Below are positions 1-6,481 of a DNA stretch of 15,744 nucleotides, in pieces. A model generated the notes under the pieces. That model had not been told where the DNA came from, did no database searches, and saw only the letters and a program-made list of their open reading frames with translations. The stretch spans positions 1 through 15,744 of the forward strand of contig JBBIRR010000064.1 of NCBI GenBank assembly GCA_037441705.1, read 5' to 3'. The number at the start of each line of letters is the position of its first letter. Position 1 is the first letter of the stretch. This DNA is from Ignavibacteriales bacterium. GTDB taxonomy: Bacteria > Bacteroidota > Ignavibacteria > UBA10030 > UBA6906. A program made the position numbers and the translations under genes.

Positions 1-243
1 GATCATCTCCGCCGACGCATCCGTCGCGATGATGTGCATGCCCTTGGAGGCAAGCTCGATGGCATCGGTTCCCGTCCCGCAGTTCAATTCTAAGAGCGTA
101 TCCCCGGCATGAAAATATTTGTGGTAGATTTCCCAGACAGCGCGGCGCAGGCGTCGGGTCGCGGGCAAACTTTCGAATTCTTCGTCGTACGATTGCGCAG
201 CGCGGTCAAAAGCGATTTCGGCCGAAAGTACTCTGGTGGTCAT
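1..243 (-). CDS. Class I SAM-dependent methyltransferase, N-terminal part (runs off the left edge)
   Basis: Not in the ORF track. Manual translation from ATG at 243 gives MTTRVLSAEIAFDRAAQSYDEEFESLPATRRLRRAVWEIYHKYFHAGDTLLELNCGTGTDAIELASKGMHIIATDASAEMI. It has the FDxxAxxYD N-terminal motif, SAM motif I (LLELNCGTG) and motif II (ATDAS), and starts 4 nt after the radical SAM stop. Confidence 0.9.
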   Translation of the reverse strand, partial: MTTRVLSAEIAFDRAAQSYDEEFESLPATRRLRRAVWEIYHKYFHAGDTLLELNCGTGTDAIELASKGMHIIATDASAEMI

Positions 244-247
244 TGGG

Positions 248-1639
248 TTAGGTCCTTTCGTGAGCTGTGAGGCGCATGCCGAGACGCGCGGCTTTGGCTT
301 TTGCATACGTCACACAAAGAGGCAGCACCTTTCGGTGACCGTTCTGCAGAAGCGTGTGGAGGCGGACTTCATTCACCAGGTGGCGCGTCGCAAACCAGTA
401 GAATCGTCGCGAGTGACGCCCATGGAAATCGAGCTGTCGATCCGTCGTTGTCTGCCAGGCCCCGTTGACGATGAGGCGGTCTCTTACTTCATCAAAAAAC
501 GTCGTCCCCTTAATCGGGTAGGCGACGGTGGTGAGGTACGTGTCAGGTTGCGTGACTTTCAGGTGCTCGATGGTCGCGTCGATGTCGCTCATCTCTTCGC
601 CCGGATAGCCGAGCATTACAAAAAGACCTGCCTCGATGCCGAAGCGCTGCGCACGTCTGGTTGCCGTGCGGATTTGTTCGACCGTTACTCGTCTCTGCAT
701 GGCGTCGAGGACGGCCTGTGAGCCGCTTTCCGAGCCAAACCAGATGCGAAAGGCGCCCAGCTCCGCCATGGCACGAAGAACATCCTCGTTCAGCCTATCG
801 GCGCGCGTGATGCATTCGAACGGAACCGCAATGCCGCGACGCTTCATCTCATCATGAAAAGCGAAAAACCATCGGTGATTGATCGTGAAAACATCATCGG
901 CAAACCAGAGTTGATCCGGTTTGTAGGCCGCAAGAAGCATCTCGATCTCATCAACAACGTGCCGGACCGAACGCCGCCGATGTGTCTCGCCGAAAACCGA
1001 ACGGCTGCACCACGTGCACGTGTAGGGGCAGCCGCGTGCACACAGCAGCGAGATCGAACTGCGACCGTGATGCTTCCTCCACGTGTCAAGGTATTGGAAG
1101 ATAGCGATCGCTTCCCGGTCGGGATTGGGGAGCGAGTCGAGGTCGGCGACAAGTGGCCGTGGCGGTGTACGCACGAGGGTCCCGTCGCTCTCACGGTAGA
1201 CAATCCCCGCAATGTCGGCCATGTCCGTGGCCCCTTTTGTCTGGAGATGGGGGAGAAGTTCTTCGAGCGTTAGTTCGCCTTCACCGATCACGGCAACATC
1301 GGCTCCGTGCTGCACGAACTCCTCCGCGTAGCACGACACTTCAGGTCCGCCGACGATCACCGTGCAGGCGTTGCGCTTGCAGTAGGAGATCATCTGCAAT
1401 GCGTTCATCTTCGTCATGAGATTGACCGATATGCCAACAATCGCCGGACGGTGTTTGTCAATATATCGGTAGAAGTCATCTTTCATGACGAACGTTGAGT
1501 CGAACACGTCAACGCTGAACCCCTTCGATTTAAGATAGGCGGAGAGGTAGAGTATGCCGAGCGTCGGATACGGCTTCATGATCCGCTTCTCGGCTTTGTC
1601 CTCATGAAGGAAGTACGCATGTGTCAGAAGGATGTCCAA
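248..1639 (-). CDS. Cobalamin (B12)-binding-domain radical SAM protein, paralog 2
   Basis: N-terminal B12-binding-like domain (PYPTLGILYLSAYL, VIVGGPE, GEGE), CxxxCxxC motif RGCPYTCTWC (Cys codons 1007-1030), FADDVF, GSESGS, MLGYPGE. Start is TTG 1639 (GGAG 9 nt upstream, aligns with the paralog's MDVLL) or TTG 1645. Confidence 0.93.
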   Translation of the reverse strand: MDILLTHAYFLHEDKAEKRIMKPYPTLGILYLSAYLKSKGFSVDVFDSTFVMKDDFYRYIDKHRPAIVGISVNLMTKMNALQMISYCKRNACTVIVGGPEVSCYAEEFVQHGADVAVIGEGELTLEELLPHLQTKGATDMADIAGIVYRESDGTLVRTPPRPLVADLDSLPNPDREAIAIFQYLDTWRKHHGRSSISLLCARGCPYTCTWCSRSVFGETHRRRSVRHVVDEIEMLLAAYKPDQLWFADDVFTINHRWFFAFHDEMKRRGIAVPFECITRADRLNEDVLRAMAELGAFRIWFGSESGSQAVLDAMQRRVTVEQIRTATRRAQRFGIEAGLFVMLGYPGEEMSDIDATIEHLKVTQPDTYLTTVAYPIKGTTFFDEVRDRLIVNGAWQTTTDRQLDFHGRHSRRFYWFATRHLVNEVRLHTLLQNGHRKVLPLCVTYAKAKAARLGMRLTAHERT

Positions 1640-1677
1640 CGCCAATTGCTCCGTCGAGGGAAAGAAGTTCGTATGCG

Positions 1678-2172
1678 TTAGAGTTCGGGTACGAATTCCA
1701 GCAAGCGCCCGAGATACACGTCGGCGCGGTGTTCGGCTATGAGATCGGCAATCAGAAGGATCGCTGCTTGGACGATCAATCCTACTGCCACGCTATACAG
1801 TCTCATGTTCTGTCTGAAGTAAAACGTCATGAATATGCCGGCGGACAGGAGGAGTATTTCAACCGACTTGTACAAGGCGAACGAATCCAAAACGTTCTTC
1901 ATGCGCGCCAGTTCCTCTGCTCGAAAGTCCATCGGATGTGTGTTAAGCTGTTGAAGGAGTCCTGCCACCTGGCTATCCGTTCGAAAGAATACGGTCGCGC
2001 CCACGGCGATCTGGATCAGCGCGATGATCGCAAGGGGATAGATCATGCCCTTGTACGGACTGTTAGTCTTCCACAGATACGAAGAGAAGCCGAGCGCTGC
2101 GGCGCCGATGAGGATGAAAACACCCGCCGATATTTTTTCGCCGCTGAAGTATGAGAGGAGATGCTGGGTCAT
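1678..2172 (-). CDS. Small integral membrane protein of unknown function (about 4 TM segments)
   Basis: 164-aa ORF with four hydrophobic stretches (AGVFILIGAAALGF, MIYPLAIIALIQIAVGATVFF, VEILLLSAGIFMTF, YSVAVGLIVQAAILLIADLIA). It fits the gap between the two radical SAM genes on the same strand. Confidence 0.8.
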   Translation of the reverse strand: MTQHLLSYFSGEKISAGVFILIGAAALGFSSYLWKTNSPYKGMIYPLAIIALIQIAVGATVFFRTDSQVAGLLQQLNTHPMDFRAEELARMKNVLDSFALYKSVEILLLSAGIFMTFYFRQNMRLYSVAVGLIVQAAILLIADLIAEHRADVYLGRLLEFVPEL

Positions 2173-2184
2173 CGTCGTACCCGA

Positions 2185-3639
2185 TTATTGAGCAAGACTG
2201 TTCACACGCCGTTCCCAGGCTGGTGCCGTCAGAAAGTGGTAGGTGCCGGCAGCCAACCGCCGCAGGAGCTGGCGATCTGCGCGCCATGAGGTCGGCAGAT
2301 GGTGCTTCAGCAGTTCCGCCGTCTGCCAGATGCGGAGTTTCTTGTGCGTAAGCGTGTGCAATGCGCGATAAAACTCGCGCCCGTATGGATTGCGGTAGAG
2401 GGTATCCAGATCGGCGCTATCGTTCCAGTTTCGTTTGTCGCCGAGTTGTGCCTTCACGCGCTCGTAGAATTTTGTCCCCGGCAACGGATATGAGACCGAC
2501 ACGCCGATTTCGTCCGGCAGGCACTCGCGCACCATACGCAGTGTCTGTTCGATATCCTGCCGCGTCTCGCCCGGGTATCCGTACTGCAGGAAGAAGCCGA
2601 CGCGAATACCTGCCTCTTTCAGTCTCCGCGTCGCCTCGTAAATCTGGCCAACGGTTGTACCTTTCTCCATCGCATCGAGAATCTTCTGCGAACCGGATTC
2701 CGCCCCCACCCAAACCGTCCTGCATCCGGCGCGGCGAAGAGCGGCAATCGTGTCCGTGTGCAAAAGCAAATCGACGCGTGCAAGACACTTGAACGGGATT
2801 ACGGCATCGCGTTTCAGGACCTCCTCGCTGAAGTTCTGCACCCAGCCGGGCTTCAAGCCGAAGATGTCGTCGCAGAACCAGATGTGATCAGGTCGAGCAT
2901 GGCGTTTGAGCCAGAGCATTTCTTCCGCAACGTTTGCAGGCGAACGCACGTTGTACACCTGTCCGTAAATTGGTTTTGCGCACCAGTTGCAGTGATACGG
3001 GCATCCGCGTGTCGTCACCATGTTGAGTGAAAAGTAGCCGTGATGCTTCGTCCACACGCGGCGGTACGTCTCGAGATCAATGAGGTCGCGCGCAGGGAAG
3101 GGGAGATTGTCCAGGTCCTTTCTGGGCTTCCGCGGTTCCGTTCGTCGGATGCTTCCCTGTTCCATGTAGGCCAGTCCGCGAATCTGTTCGCGGCTTCCGG
3201 TGGCGCGAAGCTCGAAAGCCAGAAGCTCGACGAGAGTCTCTTCGGCCTCTCCGCAGAGAACGTAGTCGGCACCGTGTTCGAAGTAGGCCGCAAGGTGGTC
3301 GGTGGCATCGGAGCCGTGCACGATAACGGTGCATCCGGCATCCTTTGCGATTCTGCTCATCGCAAACGCCGCCTGACGCATGTTCGTCAGACACATTTTG
3401 GTGAGATAGTTGAAATCATCGTCATAGATGACCAACGTTTTTGGCTGATGAGAGTGAAGAGGGGAGAGAATGTGCTGTGGGCCTTCGGCAAGCATGCTAT
3501 CGGCAAACGTAACCGTAAAGCCGTGTGCCCGCGCAACGCTTGCCGCGTAGAGTGTACCTAACGGTGGGTACGGCATGCGAGCCTTGAACTCCTTCGGGTC
3601 AAACCGAAGGAAGTATGAATGCGTAAGAAGAACGTCCAT
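2185..3639 (-). CDS. Cobalamin (B12)-binding-domain radical SAM protein, paralog 1
   Basis: PYPPLGTLYAAS, GEAE, CxxxCxxC motif RGCPYHCNWC (2980-3003), FCDDIF, GAESGS, QYGYPGET. ATG 3639 (MDVLLTHSYF) is preferred over TTG 3660 because it aligns with the paralog's N-terminus. Confidence 0.93.
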   Translation of the reverse strand: MDVLLTHSYFLRFDPKEFKARMPYPPLGTLYAASVARAHGFTVTFADSMLAEGPQHILSPLHSHQPKTLVIYDDDFNYLTKMCLTNMRQAAFAMSRIAKDAGCTVIVHGSDATDHLAAYFEHGADYVLCGEAEETLVELLAFELRATGSREQIRGLAYMEQGSIRRTEPRKPRKDLDNLPFPARDLIDLETYRRVWTKHHGYFSLNMVTTRGCPYHCNWCAKPIYGQVYNVRSPANVAEEMLWLKRHARPDHIWFCDDIFGLKPGWVQNFSEEVLKRDAVIPFKCLARVDLLLHTDTIAALRRAGCRTVWVGAESGSQKILDAMEKGTTVGQIYEATRRLKEAGIRVGFFLQYGYPGETRQDIEQTLRMVRECLPDEIGVSVSYPLPGTKFYERVKAQLGDKRNWNDSADLDTLYRNPYGREFYRALHTLTHKKLRIWQTAELLKHHLPTSWRADRQLLRRLAAGTYHFLTAPAWERRVNSLAQ

Positions 3640-3811
3640 AACTCTTGATGCCGAAATCAAACTGCCGCTGCCTTCTTCGTCTGCGATGCCTGCGCATGTC
3701 GTCGGGCATCACGTACATGATCACGGGTTTGGGGGCGGCGAAGGTTGAAGCAGCAGGCGGCGTCAGGAGCAGGATTGCAGCAAGAAGGCATGCGAACAGC
3801 GCCGACCTCAT
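3599..3811 (-). CDS. Short ORF with Sec-type signal peptide; possibly a truncated gene remnant (sulfatase-like N-terminus) or small peptide
   Basis: ATGA overlap with the upstream stop and a purine-rich upstream sequence. Signal-like MRSALFACLLAAILLLTPPAASTFA is followed by APKPVIMYVMPDDMR, then an Arg-rich tail with atypical codons that overlaps the next gene start by 41 nt. Confidence 0.45.
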   Translation of the reverse strand: MRSALFACLLAAILLLTPPAASTFAAPKPVIMYVMPDDMRRHRRRRRQRQFDFGIKSYGRSSYAFILPSV

Positions 3812-4749
3812 CCTTCGCTCCCTTCATTCCCCAACCCGAATGCTTTCAAGCGATGGTGGTAGAGTGCAAGAATCGCTTCTTGAAAATTCCCGACATACGC
3901 CCGTGATTCACCCCGTGTGCAGCGGAACACCCGCTGTCGAGTGGCTTCGTCGTACTGCGGGTATCGTTTCGCCCAGATTCGTTCCATTGCGTGCATGAGG
4001 CGCTCGTCCAGCCGCGAAGCATCGAACCATCGAAATGGAAGCTCGAGCACGCGCTGCAGAACGCTTCCCCGATCGCTACATCGAGGCAGCCAGAGAAACT
4101 TCATGTCAAGATTAGGGAAATACGATCGTATCCACTCATTGGCCTCAAGATACCGGCGAAACAGCTCGGTGTTGTACAAGGGCTTCAAGGTTGCTATTTC
4201 CGTCGCCGTGTAGATATTCTGCTCGTCCAGCACAAGGTTGTTCGATGCGATGAAAGAGTTGATGCAGAAGAACTTCCGACTGTTCAGAAGAAAGATCTTC
4301 TTGAACAGAACTAACAGCGTACGCGTGATCCAGAGTCGTTCGGGTTCGGTAACGATGAAGAAATCCACGTCACTCTTTCTGTGCGTCACATTCTTGGAAA
4401 GATCACCCGAGACAAACACAGCCCGAACGAACGGAAAGCGTTTGATGACGTGTGTTGCAAGCCTTGCCATGAACCACATGCGTCGGGCGTGGCGCATTCG
4501 CTTCAGCCGCTGCTCGACAACGGCAGGCGTTTTCCCCTTCACAAAAAAATATCCGCGGTGATGCTGGACCGTGTCGCCCACAATCTCGTTTGCAAGGCGA
4601 TTCTTGAAGTGATCGTACGTCATCGAATTGACAGGCAGGAAGGCAAACAGCTCCTTCTCGGTCAGTGGATGCGACCAGATATCGTAATACAGCAGGGTTT
4701 TGAGAACCTCACGCTGGAGCTGCATAAGGAGAGCAATCGGCAGTTGCAC
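3808..4749 (-). CDS. Nucleotidyltransferase-fold (DNA pol beta superfamily) protein of unknown function
   Basis: Motif AVFVSGDLSK-NVTHRKS-DVDFFIV (4363-4410) matches hG[S]x(9-13)DhD apart from D at the Ser position. N-terminal LKTLLYYDIWSHPLT segment. Start is GTG 4749 or ATG 4725. Confidence 0.75.
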   Translation of the reverse strand: MQLPIALLMQLQREVLKTLLYYDIWSHPLTEKELFAFLPVNSMTYDHFKNRLANEIVGDTVQHHRGYFFVKGKTPAVVEQRLKRMRHARRMWFMARLATHVIKRFPFVRAVFVSGDLSKNVTHRKSDVDFFIVTEPERLWITRTLLVLFKKIFLLNSRKFFCINSFIASNNLVLDEQNIYTATEIATLKPLYNTELFRRYLEANEWIRSYFPNLDMKFLWLPRCSDRGSVLQRVLELPFRWFDASRLDERLMHAMERIWAKRYPQYDEATRQRVFRCTRGESRAYVGNFQEAILALYHHRLKAFGLGNEGSEG

Positions 4750-4756
4750 GTGGTGT

Positions 4757-4785
4757 AATATGGGAAGATTGCCTCAGTTAAGCAA
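4757..4785 (-). promoter_or_regulatory. Putative sigma70-type promoter for the radical SAM operon
   Basis: On the minus strand TTGCTT (4785-4780), 17-nt spacer, CATATT (4762-4757), ending 7 nt before GTG 4749. Confidence 0.45.
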
Positions 4786-4795
4786 GACTCGTAGG

Positions 4796-4824
4796 TTGTG
4801 TGAAGGAAGGCATTTCAGTATATT
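4796..4824 (+). promoter_or_regulatory. Putative sigma70-type promoter for PASTA-rpe
   Basis: TTGTGT (4796-4801), 17-nt spacer, TATATT (4819-4824), ending 11 nt before ATG 4836. Confidence 0.45.
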
Positions 4825-4835
4825 TTCGCTGACCT

Positions 4836-5633
4836 ATGGATGCAAAGAAAATCGTTCACACCGTGTCCACCAGGCTTCTTGCGGGCGTGCTCAACGTTCT
4901 CAAGAGCCGGTGGTTCCTCTTTCCAGTCGGCGGGTTGATTCTCATCTTCGTTCTGGCAAACTACGTGATTCTTCCGTGGTATGTCTATCACGGAGGGACA
5001 CTGAACGTCCCTGACGTCACCGGAATGAAGGTCGAAGACGCGATCGTACGGCTTGAGGAAGCGGGCCTCGTAGGCATTCAAGGGGAAATGATTCTCGATA
5101 ACCAGTTTCCGGTGGGAACGGTCGTGGCGCAGAATCCTCGGCCCAATGCTGTCGTGAAATATGGCCGCCACGTGTACCTGACAGTGTGCGGCGGCGAGGT
5201 GTTGGTTACTGTGCCGGTGCTACGCGGTCGTTCGCTGCGCGATGCGCGCTTCGCGCTGGAGCGCAACGGTATTGTGTTAGGAGAGGTGCATTACGCGGCA
5301 TCCGATTCACTTCCTCCAAACACCATCATGGGGCAAACGCTTGCCCCCGGCGCGCGCGTCAAGAAAGGGGCAACGATCGATGTCGTTGTGAGCGTCGGCC
5401 GCGGCGTGCTGGCATTTGAGGTTCCCGACCTCACGGGGAAATCCCTCAGCGAGGCGGAGAGAATTCTTGCGCGGATGGGGCTGAAGATTGGTAGCATCAC
5501 GTTTCAGGTCAACCCCGACCTGCTTCCGAATACAATCGTCGATCAGTTTCCGCTGCCGGGCTCACCAGCAGATAGCACACGGCGTGTCGATCTGTTCGTT
5601 GTCAAAGCCGGAAAGATTCAGGATGAAAACTAA
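4836..5633 (+). CDS. Membrane-anchored PASTA-domain protein (3 PASTA repeats, no kinase or PBP domain)
   Basis: N-terminal TM helix (WFLFPVGGLILIFVLANYVILPW) then three repeats beginning VPDVTG, VPVLRG and VPDLTG, with 'A..L...GL/GI' helices and 'V..Q.P' turns typical of PASTA. Confidence 0.88.
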   Translation: MDAKKIVHTVSTRLLAGVLNVLKSRWFLFPVGGLILIFVLANYVILPWYVYHGGTLNVPDVTGMKVEDAIVRLEEAGLVGIQGEMILDNQFPVGTVVAQNPRPNAVVKYGRHVYLTVCGGEVLVTVPVLRGRSLRDARFALERNGIVLGEVHYAASDSLPPNTIMGQTLAPGARVKKGATIDVVVSVGRGVLAFEVPDLTGKSLSEAERILARMGLKIGSITFQVNPDLLPNTIVDQFPLPGSPADSTRRVDLFVVKAGKIQDEN

Positions 5634-6303
5634 CACCATCAAAATCGCCCCGTCGCTGCTTTCGGCCGACTTCTCGGATTTGAAAACACAAATCCGCCTT
5701 GCGGAGGAAGCGGGAGCCGACTGGCTGCATCTGGATGTCATGGATGGGCACTTCGTGCCGAATATCTCCTTCGGTCCGCCGGTGATCAAGGCCGTGCGCA
5801 AGCTGACCGGGCTTCCGTTTGATACGCACCTCATGATCGAAAACGCCGATGCCTATCTCGACGCTTTCCGCGATGCCGGAGCCGACATCCTGACGGTACA
5901 CGTCGAAGCGTGTACACATCTGCATCGCACCGTCACGCGCATCCAGGAATTAGGAATGAAGGCGGGTGTATGCATCAATCCTGCAACGCCCGTTACGTCG
6001 CTGCGCGAGATTCTTCCGTTTGTGGACCTCGTGCTCATCATGTCGGTCAACCCCGGCTTTGGCGGTCAGCGATTCATCTCCACGTCTACACAGAAGCTGC
6101 GCGAGGCAGCCGAGTTGATCAGGCAGATCAAGCCGAATGTCTATCTGGAGGTTGACGGCGGCATTGACGACACGACAGCAGGCCCCTGCATCGAAGCAGG
6201 AGCAAACGTCCTCGTTGCCGGCAACTACGTCTTTGGCAACGGCAAAATCGCCGAAGCCCTCCACACCCTTCGGTCGAAGACCGCAAGCATCACACCGGCA
6301 TAG
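5623..6303 (+). CDS. rpe: Ribulose-phosphate 3-epimerase
   Basis: IAPSLLSADF, HLDVMDGHFVPN, DTHLMI, MSVNPGFGGQ, EVDGG. True start ATG 5623 (MKTNTIK) overlaps the PASTA gene end by 11 nt. Confidence 0.97.
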   Translation: MKTNTIKIAPSLLSADFSDLKTQIRLAEEAGADWLHLDVMDGHFVPNISFGPPVIKAVRKLTGLPFDTHLMIENADAYLDAFRDAGADILTVHVEACTHLHRTVTRIQELGMKAGVCINPATPVTSLREILPFVDLVLIMSVNPGFGGQRFISTSTQKLREAAELIRQIKPNVYLEVDGGIDDTTAGPCIEAGANVLVAGNYVFGNGKIAEALHTLRSKTASITPA

Positions 6304-6388
6304 CCTCAGATACAGTCCCCGCCGGCCCGGCCCGTGCCGCAGCCGCCTCCGAGCGAATTATTCGGCATCACACTCCGAAAAATAAATC

Positions 6389-6419
6389 TTGACAAACCTC
6401 ACCGTTTGGCTTATATTTG
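6389..6419 (+). promoter_or_regulatory. Promoter of the lrp-amtB-glnA unit
   Basis: Consensus TTGACA (6389-6394), 17-nt spacer, TATATT (6412-6417), with an AT-rich UP-like tract upstream (6378-6387). TATATTTG (6412-6419) also fits the Bacteroidota TAnnTTTG element. Confidence 0.75.
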
Positions 6420-6481
6420 AAGCCATTAGATTGGTCTTGCCTTAGTAAGTAAGGTGCACTTCGTATTTTTCCGATATACCC

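Noticed and set aside
1011-1022. 12-bp palindrome CACGTGCACGTG
   Set aside because: It lies inside the codons of the CxxxCxxC motif and is explained by coding sequence.
248-3639. Naming the radical SAMs bchE, hpnP or hpnJ
   Set aside because: They share only the general domain architecture; no bacteriochlorophyll or hopanoid genes are in the window.
3640-3725. Upstream extension of the radical SAM frame containing TGA codons near Cys codons (selenocysteine or frameshift fusion idea)
   Set aside because: The paralog alignment puts the start at 3639, no SECIS-like hairpin was recognised, and fusing a Sec signal to an Fe-S/B12 enzyme is implausible.
3808-4749. NTase as a CBASS cyclase or MNT-HEPN antitoxin
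   Set aside because: No adjacent HEPN toxin, Cap effector or Cap2/Cap3 genes; the neighbours are biosynthetic enzymes.
5488-5622. N-terminal extensions in the ORF track for rpe, the AKR (10080), crotonase (11301), tetR (12794) and tolC (13374)
   Set aside because: They overlap upstream genes or promoter/operator DNA; family homology and RBS positions begin at downstream starts.
6317-6350. C-rich GC tract after rpe (possible terminator, rut site or minus-strand G-quadruplex)
   Set aside because: No clean stem with a U tract and only irregular G runs; nothing supportable.
6407-6421. TGGC...TTG resembling a sigma54 -24/-12 promoter upstream of nitrogen genes
   Set aside because: The spacing is off and the -12 GC is missing (TTGAA); a good sigma70-type promoter explains the region.
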